From an uncultured bacterium (GTDB taxonomy: Bacteria > Hydrothermota > Tepidihabitantia > Tepidihabitantales > DTDR01): 64,000 nt of DNA. Location of the stretch: positions 13,729 to 77,728 of the forward strand of contig CALHQW010000015.1 in NCBI GenBank assembly GCA_938040315.1, given 5' to 3'. The translations under genes and the position numbers were made by a program. The notes under the pieces are model-generated. The model was not told the origin of the DNA, ran no database searches, and worked only from the letters and a program-made list of their open reading frames with translations. Shown here one piece after another: positions 1 through 9,814 of the stretch (its first letter is position 1; each line of letters starts with the position of its first letter).

Positions 1-1
1 T

Positions 2-1303
2 TTTGGTTTAAAACAGGAAATTGGTGGCTATACTGGAACTTATTTTGGAATAAGTATTTTTATTTTATCAATTCTCGGAATAATTGGTTTAGGAATTTCC
101 CATTGGAAAAGTATTTTATGGCTAATTTCTTTATTATTAACTTTTTTATTACCCTTTTTGGAGAGATATACCGGATTTCTATCCGCTGGTTTACCACCCC
201 AAAGATTTTTAGTTTATCTTATCTTCTTTTCTGCTATTTTAATTCCTAATGGCTTTGAATATCTCTACAGCAAATTAAAATTATCTGAAAAGATTTTGTT
301 TTATTTCTTATCAATATTGATATTGCTTGATTGTCTACCATCAACAATTAAATTACGTTATGCCGAAAAAGAAAATTTTCTGGCAGTAAGAGAGGAAATA
401 TACGAATTGCTTTCTTATAAAAAGGTATTTAAAGTTTTAGATATTGATATCCCTGATGAAAAAATCGATAATTTTCGTAGACTTTGCCGTTATCCAGCCT
501 GTAATTTTCTTTATGGAAATCTACCTTCTCCTTTAGGACCTCCTTACCACCAATTTGCTCCTAAAAATATGCTCTATACCTACCCTTTTGTAAATTATTT
601 ATCAAAAGAATTAACTGATACCCTATCCCGCTATTTAAGCAATGATTTCTTAAAAATCTCTACTCTTTTAGGTATTACTCAGATAATAACCCTTCCCACT
701 CTTTTAGGTAGTGGCGAAGAAGAAACTTATGTTTTACTTAAGAGTGGCATTGAATGGGATGATCAATTTTTGGTGGGAGGTGCCCAACCACCATTAGTAT
801 ATGGAGAGACAAAACTGCCAATAATTTTAATAAGTAATGTTAAAAAACCGATGAAAAGAGAGAAAATTATAAAAAAGGGAACTTTTTTTATTGCCTCAGA
901 TTGGCAAGATTTTTTAAAAAGTTTAACCATTGATTATGAAAAGGGAGAAATAAATTTTATTCCAATATTAGAAGAGGATGCTTACGAAAGTCTTCCTTTT
1001 AAAGGAGAAATAAAAATTTACGATTACTCTCTTAAACATAATGAAATTCAGATTGAATACGAACTAACTAATCCAAATTTTTTAAGATTGCCCATTAGTT
1101 ATTATCCTTATTTAAAAATATATCTTAATAACCAAGAAATTCCTTTTTATGAAACAAAAGACCATTTTATTTATTTAAAATCAAAAGAAGGAAAATATAT
1201 CCTTAGAGTTAAGTTTAACTTACCACCTTTGAGAAAATATACTTTGATTTTTTCTTTGATAAGTTTTATAATATTTCTCTTCTGGATAATTTTTAAGAAA
1301 TGA
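2..1303 (+). CDS. polytopic membrane protein, 5'-truncated at window edge; large extracytoplasmic domain plus C-terminal TM anchor (YfhO/GT-C-like architecture, unassigned)
   Basis: Frame is open from nt 2 with no stop until 1301-1303; the track ORF starts at an internal TTG at 158. N-terminal hydrophobic helices and a C-terminal helix TLIFSLISFIIFLFWIIF. No catalytic motif recognised. Confidence 0.35.
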   Translation, partial: FGLKQEIGGYTGTYFGISIFILSILGIIGLGISHWKSILWLISLLLTFLLPFLERYTGFLSAGLPPQRFLVYLIFFSAILIPNGFEYLYSKLKLSEKILFYFLSILILLDCLPSTIKLRYAEKENFLAVREEIYELLSYKKVFKVLDIDIPDEKIDNFRRLCRYPACNFLYGNLPSPLGPPYHQFAPKNMLYTYPFVNYLSKELTDTLSRYLSNDFLKISTLLGITQIITLPTLLGSGEEETYVLLKSGIEWDDQFLVGGAQPPLVYGETKLPIILISNVKKPMKREKIIKKGTFFIASDWQDFLKSLTIDYEKGEINFIPILEEDAYESLPFKGEIKIYDYSLKHNEIQIEYELTNPNFLRLPISYYPYLKIYLNNQEIPFYETKDHFIYLKSKEGKYILRVKFNLPPLRKYTLIFSLISFIIFLFWIIFKK

Positions 1304-2757
1304 AAAAGTACTACTTTTTAATAATTTTTTTGTATCTCTTACCTATCTTTTACTTAACTTATTTTCCTTTTGTTGACCTACCTCAGCATTTGCATTTTGC
1401 CTATGTTTTAAAAAATTTTTCTAACTATGAGGCTTATTTTGAAAAGAGATTATTTCCTATGCATAATACTTTTCATCTTTTTTTTAATACTTTTTTATCA
1501 AATTTTTTGCCTTTAGATATCACTAATAGAATTTATATTGGATTAATTATTCTTTTAACTTTCCTTTCTTTTTATTATCTCTTAAAAGTAGTCAATGGTG
1601 AGAAATCCTTTTCTCTTTTGAGTTTATTAATTGCCTATAATTATAATCTTTTTTGGGGATTTATGGGAATTGCTTTTGCTTTTCCTTTAATTATTTTTCT
1701 TTTTGCCTTAACAATAAATTTATTAAAAGGAAACAAAAAAGAGAATTTAATTATTCTTTTCCTTACTCTTCTCTTTATCCTCATTTTTCTTTGCCATTCT
1801 TTAACTTTTATTTATTCTTTTGTTAGTTATTTAATAATTATTTTTTTAAATAAAAAATCTTTTAAACTTAAACATCTTTTACCACCTTTAATTACCTTGA
1901 TATTTTTCTTTCTTCCTTGGCAAGCGCAACAATTTCAAAGAGAAGGTAGTGAACTTATCAGCCAGTTTAAAGAAAATATCTCTTTCAAAGCAATTTACCA
2001 AAATATTTTAGATTTTTGGGAAAGATTAGGAATAAAAAGCGACAACTTGATAATTTTTTTCTTTAAAATAATAACTTTATTAGGAATATTTGTTTTAATT
2101 ACCGATCGCCATCTTTTTAAAGAAAGTAAAATATTATCCACAATCTTCTTGGTCACCTTGGCTTTTTATTTCTTTTTTCCAGGAAGTTATACAGAAGCAG
2201 TATTTTTAAATGAGCGATTTGCTCCTTTACTTTTTCTTTTTTTAATTGTTTATATAAGTTTAAAAATTAAAAAATCAATTGTAAAATATATAATTTTGGC
2301 AGTATTAATAATAAATATAATTGATTTAAATCTCCGATTCTTAATGTTTGAAAAATATGCTCAAGAGTTTAAAAAAATTGTAGATAAATTAGAACCAAAT
2401 AAAAAGGTTGTGGGAATTTTCTATGATAAAAGACCAAAACCCGATCTATTTGGTTACGATATTTTTCTCCACTTTCCTTGTTATTACCAGTTAAAAAAAG
2501 GAGGTCTTATCGGTTTTTCTTTTGCCTATATCCGTTATTCACCCTTAATATTTAAAGAAAATTATCCTTTAGAAAGGATTGATGAATGGTTCCCCTATCG
2601 TTCCCTTTTCCCTTATCGTTATAAAGATTACGATTATCTTTTTATTACTGGTGAAATCAGATTGAGTGATGAAAAATATTTCCGAAAAATGACTTTAATT
2701 GATAGTATTTCTTTCTTCCGAGTTTATTCGCCAAAAAAAGAGGTTTTTAATTTTTGA
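1300..2757 (+). CDS. hypothetical polytopic membrane protein (about 10 predicted TM helices plus C-terminal soluble domain)
   Basis: ATGA overlap with the upstream ORF. Highly hydrophobic N-terminal two-thirds (FLIIFLYLLPIFY..., LIILFLTLLFILIFLCHSL...). Family not recognised. Confidence 0.4.
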   Translation: MKKYYFLIIFLYLLPIFYLTYFPFVDLPQHLHFAYVLKNFSNYEAYFEKRLFPMHNTFHLFFNTFLSNFLPLDITNRIYIGLIILLTFLSFYYLLKVVNGEKSFSLLSLLIAYNYNLFWGFMGIAFAFPLIIFLFALTINLLKGNKKENLIILFLTLLFILIFLCHSLTFIYSFVSYLIIIFLNKKSFKLKHLLPPLITLIFFFLPWQAQQFQREGSELISQFKENISFKAIYQNILDFWERLGIKSDNLIIFFFKIITLLGIFVLITDRHLFKESKILSTIFLVTLAFYFFFPGSYTEAVFLNERFAPLLFLFLIVYISLKIKKSIVKYIILAVLIINIIDLNLRFLMFEKYAQEFKKIVDKLEPNKKVVGIFYDKRPKPDLFGYDIFLHFPCYYQLKKGGLIGFSFAYIRYSPLIFKENYPLERIDEWFPYRSLFPYRYKDYDYLFITGEIRLSDEKYFRKMTLIDSISFFRVYSPKKEVFNF

Positions 2758-4215
2758 TAAAATTTCTTGTAATTCTCTATCTTCTTCTAAATAGGGTATC
2801 TTCTCTTCAATAATTTTTACAATTTTTGGTTTTTCTTTAAAATTAAGTTCTGTTAATCTTAAAATTTGACTTATACATAAAATTTCTATTGCTAAAATCG
2901 TTTTAGTATTTTCAACAATTTTCTCTAATTTTAATAAACTATTCATCCCCATACTAACAATATCCTCCTGATTAGCCGAAGTGGGTAAAGAAGTCACTGA
3001 AGCCGGATAAGAAAGGATTTTATTTTCACTTGCTAAAGCAGTTGAAATAATTTGGGGCATCATTAAACCAGAGTTTATTCCTGGCTCTTTTATCAAAAAT
3101 ATTGGCAAATCCGGATGTCTTCCCGAAGTTAAATAAAAAATCTTTCTTTCTGATAATAGAGATAGTAGAGTAATTGAAATACCTAATAAATCTGCGGCTA
3201 ATGCTAAACTGGTACCCATAAAATTTCCTCCGCTAAAAATCTCATTATCAATAATAACTGGATTGTCCGTTATGGAATTGATTTCAATTTCTAATATTTT
3301 TTGTGCAAAATCAACGGTCTCACCTATTGAACCAAAAATTTGGGGCTGACATCTTATTGAATAAGGATCTTGTAAAGCAGTTTCCTTAAAATCACAAAGA
3401 TTTAAATAATCATAAATTATCTTCGCGGTTTCAATTTGATGAGAATAAGGTTTTAATTGATGTAACCTTATATCAAACTCTTTTTTGTTGCCTTTAATCA
3501 ATAAGGTTGTTAAACCAGAAATCTCTTTTGCCAAATTAAAGATATGTTCAATATCGATCAAAAGATAACCTAGAAAGGCCGACATCATTTCAGTGCCATT
3601 AATTAAAGATAATCCTTCTTTAATATCTAAAACAAAAGGTTTTAATTTTTCTTTTTTAAACACCTCTTTTGTAGGTAATATTTTATTCTTATAAAATACC
3701 TTTCCCTTTCCTAAAAGGACTAAACCAATTTGTGCCAATGGCGATAAATCACCGGAAGCACCTACCGAACCTTTTTTTTGGACACATGGAATAATATCTT
3801 TGTTGATTAAATTTAATAAGGCATCAATTAACTCTACTCTTACTCCGGAATATCCCTTACTAAGCATATTTGCTCTTAAAAAGATTGCCAAACGGATAAT
3901 ATCTTTATTAAAATATTCACCTTCTCCTAAAGCATGAGAGACAATTAAATTATATTGTAACTTTTTTATTTCTTCTTTTGAAATTCTTTTATTTACCAAG
4001 GCACCAAAACCAGTATTCACACCATAAACTAAATTTCCTTTCTCAATTATTCTTTCTAAACTATTCCGTGCTTTAGAAATTTTGCCTTTTTTCTTTTCGC
4101 TAATTTTGACAATACTTTTAGAAGACAAAAATTTTTTAATAAATTCTAAGTTTAAATTTTCAATAGGAATTTTAATAATCATCTTCACAAACAAAGTTAA
4201 TTTTTGGATTATCAA
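2695..4215 (-). CDS. hutH: aromatic amino acid ammonia-lyase family (histidine ammonia-lyase-like, MIO cofactor)
   Basis: Signature GSVGASGDLSPLA (the Ala-Ser-Gly triad that forms MIO). Length of about 500 aa with YGVNTGFG near the N-terminus. No hutU or hutI nearby, so substrate (His, Phe or Tyr) is unresolved. Confidence 0.75.
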   Translation of the reverse strand: MIIQKLTLFVKMIIKIPIENLNLEFIKKFLSSKSIVKISEKKKGKISKARNSLERIIEKGNLVYGVNTGFGALVNKRISKEEIKKLQYNLIVSHALGEGEYFNKDIIRLAIFLRANMLSKGYSGVRVELIDALLNLINKDIIPCVQKKGSVGASGDLSPLAQIGLVLLGKGKVFYKNKILPTKEVFKKEKLKPFVLDIKEGLSLINGTEMMSAFLGYLLIDIEHIFNLAKEISGLTTLLIKGNKKEFDIRLHQLKPYSHQIETAKIIYDYLNLCDFKETALQDPYSIRCQPQIFGSIGETVDFAQKILEIEINSITDNPVIIDNEIFSGGNFMGTSLALAADLLGISITLLSLLSERKIFYLTSGRHPDLPIFLIKEPGINSGLMMPQIISTALASENKILSYPASVTSLPTSANQEDIVSMGMNSLLKLEKIVENTKTILAIEILCISQILRLTELNFKEKPKIVKIIEEKIPYLEEDRELQEILSKIKNLFFWRINSEERNTIN

Positions 4216-5233
4216 TATGACCTATCGTTTCTTTCAATGCTTCTTTCATTCGAAAGATATTCTCTTTAGTTAAATAATTAATTTTCCCTTCTTTATAAAG
4301 TCTTAAAAATTTTTTTATCGGTAAAATTTTAAATTTATATTTTTCTTTTTCCTTATATTTCGCTATCCAACAAGGAATATAACTCACTCTTTTTAAGAAA
4401 GCCGTACCATCTTTTTTATCAATAATATATTTAAGCATAATTCCTGTATCGGTATATCTTTTTCTCTGACCACAAAAGAAATTACCTAAGGAATAGGCAA
4501 CAAATACTTTTTTATCATCTATTTCAATTATTTCTACCGGTTGGATAACATGGGGATGGGAGCTAATTATCATATCAGCACCAAATTTACTAATCTCTTT
4601 TACAATCTTTTTCTGTTCGCTATTTGGAAATCTTTCGTATTCCTTACCAAAATGTAAAGCAACAATTACAAAATCACTTATTCTTTTTGCTTTTTCAATA
4701 TCCTTTTTTATTTTTTCTAAATCAATAAGGTTAACCATCCAAGGTTTGGGAATTGTTATCCCATTTGGACCATAAGTATAACTTAAAAAAGATATTTTAA
4801 TATTATCTTTCTCAAAAACATAAATCTCTTTAATTTCATCCTCGGTAATATAGGCACCAATTTGTATTAAATTATATTTTTTTAAAATAGAAGTGGTTAT
4901 TCTTAGTCCCCTTTCTCCGTAATCCAAAGTATGATTCGTTCTAAAAATTATTTTAAAACCAACTTTTTTTAATACTTCCGCAAGATTTTCGGGCGTTTTA
5001 AAACAAGGATAACCAGTATAAGGTCCAACAGTATCCAACACACCACCAAACCAACAAGTCACAACATCTGCTGAGTTTAAATAAGTTTCTAATTCTTCAA
5101 AGCAAGGATAAAAATTATAACTTTTTGTCTCTTTCTGATAGATACTTTTTAATACTGATTGATGAATAAAAATATCGCCAACAGAAATAATTCTTATCTC
5201 GTTTAAAAATAAGAATATTAATAAGAAATTCAA
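4172..5233 (-). CDS. CapA/PgsA-family metallophosphatase (poly-gamma-glutamate/capsule synthesis protein-like)
   Basis: Calcineurin-like motifs VIVALHFGKEY, ISSHPHVIQP, AYSLGNFF. N-terminal signal/TM segment. Confidence 0.6.
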   Translation of the reverse strand: MNFLLIFLFLNEIRIISVGDIFIHQSVLKSIYQKETKSYNFYPCFEELETYLNSADVVTCWFGGVLDTVGPYTGYPCFKTPENLAEVLKKVGFKIIFRTNHTLDYGERGLRITTSILKKYNLIQIGAYITEDEIKEIYVFEKDNIKISFLSYTYGPNGITIPKPWMVNLIDLEKIKKDIEKAKRISDFVIVALHFGKEYERFPNSEQKKIVKEISKFGADMIISSHPHVIQPVEIIEIDDKKVFVAYSLGNFFCGQRKRYTDTGIMLKYIIDKKDGTAFLKRVSYIPCWIAKYKEKEKYKFKILPIKKFLRLYKEGKINYLTKENIFRMKEALKETIGHIDNPKINFVCEDDY

Positions 5234-6301
5234 TTACTCGATAACCTCACCTTCCAAACTTCCTTTTGCTCTCAAATATAATATCAAACCGGAAGAAAAA
5301 TCTTTACTTAAAATATGAAGATTCTCTAAGAGAGCAACAGTACTTTTATAATCTTTATTCTCAAAATATCTTAAAGCATTCGCATAATATGCTTTCGTTT
5401 TCTCCTCAATCTTTGGTAAATTATTTGTTAACTCTTTTGCCAAATAATTCTCAATTCCCTTTTTTAATTCTAAAAGATAATCGTTCAACTTGTCGATATT
5501 AATACTAACTTCCCTTAATGCTTTTCTCTGCGCCTCTTCTTTAGAATTGCTAACACCTTTTCCTTCAGAAGAAGATATCTTACCAATAATATTTCCTTTT
5601 TTATCTTTTAGATAAATAATATATTGTCCCTTAACTGTCCAAAGAGGACCAGCAAGTGATGCTAATTTACTAACTACTTCATAAGAAGGAATACCAACAA
5701 TTTGGGCAAAATATCTTTCATTATCAACAATAAAATTATTACCTTCTAAAATTGATTTAATCTGCTCATAATAATCGGAAGAAACTCTTACTCGATAAAT
5801 CTCCTTATTTTCCTTTAAAAAATTAATAAGATTTTCTTTCTCATAAATTTTTGTCAACTCTTCATTAAGCATTTTTAAAAGTCTTTCTGATTGGATCCCA
5901 CCAAGGATATAATATTTTTTTTCTCTTTTATTCTCATATTTATCCCGAATCTCAAAATATTTATTTGCTTCATCAAGAACACTTTTAATCTCTTTTTCTA
6001 TCAAATCTTTTAAAATAAAATCAAACTCCGTTTTAACTGGTGGATTTAGTCTACTTAAATATTCACTTGTTAAGTTATAAATCAAGGCATTTAATTCTTC
6101 TTTACATTTTTCTTCAGCGTCCCTAAGAGAATTTTGGGAAACAGAAACAGTAGTAAAATAACCTTCACTACCAATTCCTAATTTCTTAGTGGGCAATTTT
6201 ACCCAATTTGGTTCTTTTGTTTGAGAAATTTTTTGAGCGCAAGAAAAATCTAACTTCTCACAAAAAATAAAAATCAAAATAATAAAAAATATTTTTCTCA
6301 T
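5234..6301 (-). CDS. hypothetical secreted lipoprotein
   Basis: Signal peptide MRKIFFIILIFIFC with Cys. Charged, coiled-coil-like mature part. Ends directly at the capA-like start. Confidence 0.45.
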   Translation of the reverse strand: MRKIFFIILIFIFCEKLDFSCAQKISQTKEPNWVKLPTKKLGIGSEGYFTTVSVSQNSLRDAEEKCKEELNALIYNLTSEYLSRLNPPVKTEFDFILKDLIEKEIKSVLDEANKYFEIRDKYENKREKKYYILGGIQSERLLKMLNEELTKIYEKENLINFLKENKEIYRVRVSSDYYEQIKSILEGNNFIVDNERYFAQIVGIPSYEVVSKLASLAGPLWTVKGQYIIYLKDKKGNIIGKISSSEGKGVSNSKEEAQRKALREVSINIDKLNDYLLELKKGIENYLAKELTNNLPKIEEKTKAYYANALRYFENKDYKSTVALLENLHILSKDFSSGLILYLRAKGSLEGEVIE

Positions 6302-6430
6302 AATTCCTCCTTAATTTCTTTGACCTTAACATTTTAAAAATATAATAAAAATTTTCAAAATGTCAACAAATGATTTTAAAGTAATTTCTCTTAAAATTGA
6401 CTTCTCCAATTTAATTATTAAAATTATTTT

Positions 6431-6907
6431 ATGAAAATTACACCTTTAGATATTAGAAGAAAGGATTTTTTAATTCGTTTTCGGGGTTATGATAAGAAGG
6501 AGGTGAAAGAATTTTTAGAAATTATTGCTCGGGAATTAGAAGAGATGATTAAAGAAAAAGATGAATTACTTAATAAAATCTCTGTTTTAGAAGAAATAGC
6601 AGCCACTTATCAAAAACAAGAGAAACTTTTACAAGAAACTTTAATGACTGTTCAAAAGCAAGCGGAAAATTTAAAAAATAATGCTCAAAAAGAAGCCGAA
6701 AACATCGTTCAAAAGGCAAAATTAGAAGCAAAGGAAATCCTGATGAAAACCCAAAAAGAAGTTGACAAATTAAGGGGAGAGTTAAACACACTAAATTCGA
6801 AAAAGAAAGTCTTCGTTGCTAATTTAAAAGGATTAATAGAAGGCTTAAATAACTTTATTAAAGAATGGGAGAAGGAAAATGAAAGAGAAAATAAAGAAGG
6901 CAGTTGA
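6431..6907 (+). CDS. divIVA: DivIVA-domain cell-division/polarity protein
   Basis: N-terminus MKITPLDIRRKDF...RGYDKKEV followed by a long coiled coil. Confidence 0.65.
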   Translation: MKITPLDIRRKDFLIRFRGYDKKEVKEFLEIIARELEEMIKEKDELLNKISVLEEIAATYQKQEKLLQETLMTVQKQAENLKNNAQKEAENIVQKAKLEAKEILMKTQKEVDKLRGELNTLNSKKKVFVANLKGLIEGLNNFIKEWEKENERENKEGS

Positions 6908-7697
6908 GTTTATTAAAGAAGAATGCGATTTCAAACCTAAAATTGGCATTATTTTAGGGACTGGCTTAGGAAGGCTTGCTGAGGAGATTGAGGTTGAAAA
7001 GGTTATACCCTATTCAAAAATTCCCAATTTTCCAATGCCAACAGTAGTTACTCATGAAGGAAAACTTATTTTTGGTTATGTGAATAAGAAGAAAGTTTGT
7101 GCTTTTCAAGGTCGTTTTCATTATTATGAAGGTTATTCAATGTTTGAAATTACTTTGCCGGTAAGAGTAATGAAAGAATTAGGTGTAGAGATTCTTATTG
7201 TTTCTAATGCCAGTGGTGGTTTAAATCCGTTATTCTCACCGGGCGATATTATGATAATTACTGATCATATTAATTTCCTTTGTGATAACCCTTTAAGGGG
7301 TTTAATCGATCCTGATTTTGGACCCCGTTTTCCAGATATGTATAATTGTTATGATAAAAATTTAATTAAACTTGCTGAAGAAGTTGCTTTGGATTTAAAA
7401 ATTTCGGTAAAAAAGGGAGTTTATATTGCTGTGATGGGACCCAATTTAGAGACCGCTGCTGAATATCGAGCCTTCAGAATTTTAGGTGCTGATGCTGTTG
7501 GAATGTCTACAGTTCCAGAAGTAATTGTCGCTAGGCAAGCGGGAATAAAGGTAATTGGCTTCTCAGTAATAACTGATATGGGACTACCAGATGCTTTGAA
7601 ACCAGTTAACTTAGTAGAAATATTGAAAGTTGCTAAAGAAACCGAACCAAAATTAACTATGTTAATAAAAGAACTTATCAAAAGGTTGAATGTATAA
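6879..7697 (+). CDS. purine nucleoside phosphorylase (PNP/MTAP family, trimeric type)
   Basis: GIILGTGLG, SNASGGLN, GMSTVPEVIVARQAGIKVIGFSVITD. Confidence 0.8.
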   Translation: MKEKIKKAVEFIKEECDFKPKIGIILGTGLGRLAEEIEVEKVIPYSKIPNFPMPTVVTHEGKLIFGYVNKKKVCAFQGRFHYYEGYSMFEITLPVRVMKELGVEILIVSNASGGLNPLFSPGDIMIITDHINFLCDNPLRGLIDPDFGPRFPDMYNCYDKNLIKLAEEVALDLKISVKKGVYIAVMGPNLETAAEYRAFRILGADAVGMSTVPEVIVARQAGIKVIGFSVITDMGLPDALKPVNLVEILKVAKETEPKLTMLIKELIKRLNV

Positions 7698-8427
7698 GAG
7701 ACTTTTTATATTTCTTCTATTTTTTATTCTTAGTTGTACCAAAAGAAATATGGTAGAACTAAAAGAGAAAAATGTAGAAGAGTTATTTAAAACCGGACTT
7801 AAATTAATGAACGAAAGTAAATATGAGAGGGCAATAAAGTATTTTAATAAAATTGTTAACGAATACCCTCACTCTGGTTATCTTATTAAATCTCAGTTTC
7901 TTTTAGCCGAGTGTTATTTTCAAAAAAAGGATTATGAAAAGGCTAAATTGGAATACGAATTTTATATGAAAACTTTTCCTTATGCCGAAGATTACGAAAA
8001 TGCTTTTTACAAAAGTTTAATTTGCAATTTAAAGTTATTTAAAAAATCACAAAGAATCTCAATCTTAGAGGAATTGAAAGAAAATTTTTTAGCCTTTAAG
8101 AAAAGTTATCCCGAAGGGCAATTTTCTAAAGAAATCCAAAGTTATGTAAATACTATTGATTCCTTAATAGCCAAAAATTTTTTTGATATTGCCTTTTTAT
8201 ATTACAAAAATGGTGAGTTAAATCCAGCAAAAATCTATTTTGAATATGTAATAAATAATTTTCCTAATACTTCTTTTAAATTTCATTCTTTATATTATTT
8301 AGCCGAAATTTCTTATAAAAATAATGAGAGAGAAAAAGTAGAAAATTATCTAAAAGAGATTATTAAAGAAGGAAAGGATAATTTGAAATTGAAAGCCCAA
8401 AAATTATTAACAAAATGGAAAAAATAG
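7690..8427 (+). CDS. TPR-repeat lipoprotein, BamD/YfiO-like outer-membrane assembly factor
   Basis: Lipobox FFILSC. TPR-like helical repeats (AECYFQKKDYEKA...). Size and position are typical of BamD. Confidence 0.45.
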   Translation: MYKRLFIFLLFFILSCTKRNMVELKEKNVEELFKTGLKLMNESKYERAIKYFNKIVNEYPHSGYLIKSQFLLAECYFQKKDYEKAKLEYEFYMKTFPYAEDYENAFYKSLICNLKLFKKSQRISILEELKENFLAFKKSYPEGQFSKEIQSYVNTIDSLIAKNFFDIAFLYYKNGELNPAKIYFEYVINNFPNTSFKFHSLYYLAEISYKNNEREKVENYLKEIIKEGKDNLKLKAQKLLTKWKK

Positions 8428-9011
8428 GAATTTTCGGTGGCACTTTTGACCCACCTCATATCGCCCATTTAATAATCGCTGAAGAAGTGCTTTTTTCTCT
8501 TTCTTTATCAAAAATCCTTTTTATTCCTGCTTACTATCCGCCTCATAAAACAACCGTAACTTCTTTTGAACATCGTTTTAAAATGCTCACTTTGGCAATT
8601 GAAAATAACGAAAAATTTACTATCTCCGACATTGAAAAAAAGATAAAAGAGAATTATAATATTAAAACTTCTTATAGTATTTATACAATAAGGGAATTGA
8701 AAAAAATCTATTTTAGGGATAAGTTATATTTTATTATTGGCTCTGATCAATATATAGAATTTAAGAATTGGTATAAACCAGAAGAAATTTTGAAGGAGAT
8801 AAAGATTTGTGTCTTTTTGCGCTATGGGTATCCTCTAAAGGAAGAAGTAAAAGAAGAGTATAAAGAAAATTTAATATTTTTACAGGTTTCCCAACTAGCA
8901 ATTAATTCAAGCGAAATTAGAGAAAGAATTAAAAATAATAAACCTTTTAGATATTTTTTGCCTGAGAAGGTTTATAAGTATATTATTGAAAACAAATTAT
9001 ATTTAACTTAA
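8415..9011 (+). CDS. nadD: nicotinate-nucleotide adenylyltransferase
   Basis: GIFGGTFDPPHIAHL (the HxGH nucleotidyltransferase motif), ...GSDQ. Confidence 0.8.
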   Translation: MEKIGIFGGTFDPPHIAHLIIAEEVLFSLSLSKILFIPAYYPPHKTTVTSFEHRFKMLTLAIENNEKFTISDIEKKIKENYNIKTSYSIYTIRELKKIYFRDKLYFIIGSDQYIEFKNWYKPEEILKEIKICVFLRYGYPLKEEVKEEYKENLIFLQVSQLAINSSEIRERIKNNKPFRYFLPEKVYKYIIENKLYLT

Positions 9012-9023
9012 AGGAGGAAAAAA

Positions 9024-9317
9024 ATGTTTGATTTCCTTTATGCTCAAAATACTCCTCAACAAGTTAATCCTTTGATTTCTTTTTTGCCATTAATTTTAAT
9101 TATTTTAGTTTTTTATTTCTTATTAGTCATTCCTCAGCAAAGAAGACAAAAGAAACATCAAGAAATGATAAATAGTTTAAAAAGAGGCGATAAGGTAGTA
9201 ACAACCGGTGGAATCCACGGCATCATTTCAGACATCAAAGAGACTACTTTTATTTTAAAAATTGATGAAAATACTAAAATTGAAATCGAAAAAAACTCCA
9301 TAGCTTATAAAAAATAG
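9024..9317 (+). CDS. yajC: preprotein translocase subunit YajC
   Basis: 97 aa with a single TM. C-terminus VVTTGGIHGIISDI...ENTKIEIEK matches the YajC family. RBS aaggaggaaaaaaATG. Confidence 0.75.
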   Translation: MFDFLYAQNTPQQVNPLISFLPLILIILVFYFLLVIPQQRRQKKHQEMINSLKRGDKVVTTGGIHGIISDIKETTFILKIDENTKIEIEKNSIAYKK

Positions 9318-9322
9318 TTAAA

Positions 9323-9814
9323 ATGGAAGATAAACCCAAATTGATACTATATCCCAATCCCTTTCTTAGAAAGAAAGCATCAAAGATTAAAAAGATTGAT
9401 GAAAAAATTTTCCAATTAGTAAAAGAGATGGAAAGAACTCTTTTATATTACGAAGGTTTGGGATTAGCAGCCAACCAAATAGGTATTTTAAAATCCCTTT
9501 TTATTGTTAATCTTAGCAGCAATAAGGGAAAACCAAAAATTCTATCGATAATCAATCCGGAAATCCTTCACCAAGAAGGAGAAATTGAAGATTACGAAGG
9601 TTGTCTCTCTATTCCTAATATTCGGGAAATTATTTTAAGACCTAAAATTGTAATTATTAAAGGAATTACTTTAGAAGAAAAAGAGATAACTTTAGAGGGT
9701 AAAAATCTTCTTGCTCGATGTTTTCTTCATGAATATGAACATCTTTGCGGAATTCTTTTTATTGACCATTTAAGTGAACTGAGAAAGAAATTTATTTTTA
9801 ATCAGAGTGAATGA
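9323..9814 (+). CDS. def: peptide deformylase
   Basis: GLGLAANQIG, EGCLSIP, HEYEHL (the three PDF motifs). Confidence 0.85.
   Translation: MEDKPKLILYPNPFLRKKASKIKKIDEKIFQLVKEMERTLLYYEGLGLAANQIGILKSLFIVNLSSNKGKPKILSIINPEILHQEGEIEDYEGCLSIPNIREIILRPKIVIIKGITLEEKEITLEGKNLLARCFLHEYEHLCGILFIDHLSELRKKFIFNQSE

Noticed and set aside
4082-4273. 63-aa plus-strand ORF at the hutH-like/capA-like junction
   Set aside because: Overlaps two confidently called minus-strand genes and has no RBS or motif.
5266-5502. Short antisense ORFs inside well-supported genes (for example 5266-5502, 6570-6791, 7421-7681, 11835-12056, 12232-12441, 13087-13308, 19383-19679, 20051-20276, 20502-20816, 21144-21341, 22113-22319, 22513-22815, 29801-29995, 30732-30935, 36740-36973, 37951-38190, 38824-39075, 41024-41242, 42301-42495, 45584-46115, 49068-49262, 49702-50037, 62871-63095)
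   Set aside because: All lie opposite or out of frame within CDS that carry clear family motifs. Low-complexity translations typical of AT-rich DNA.
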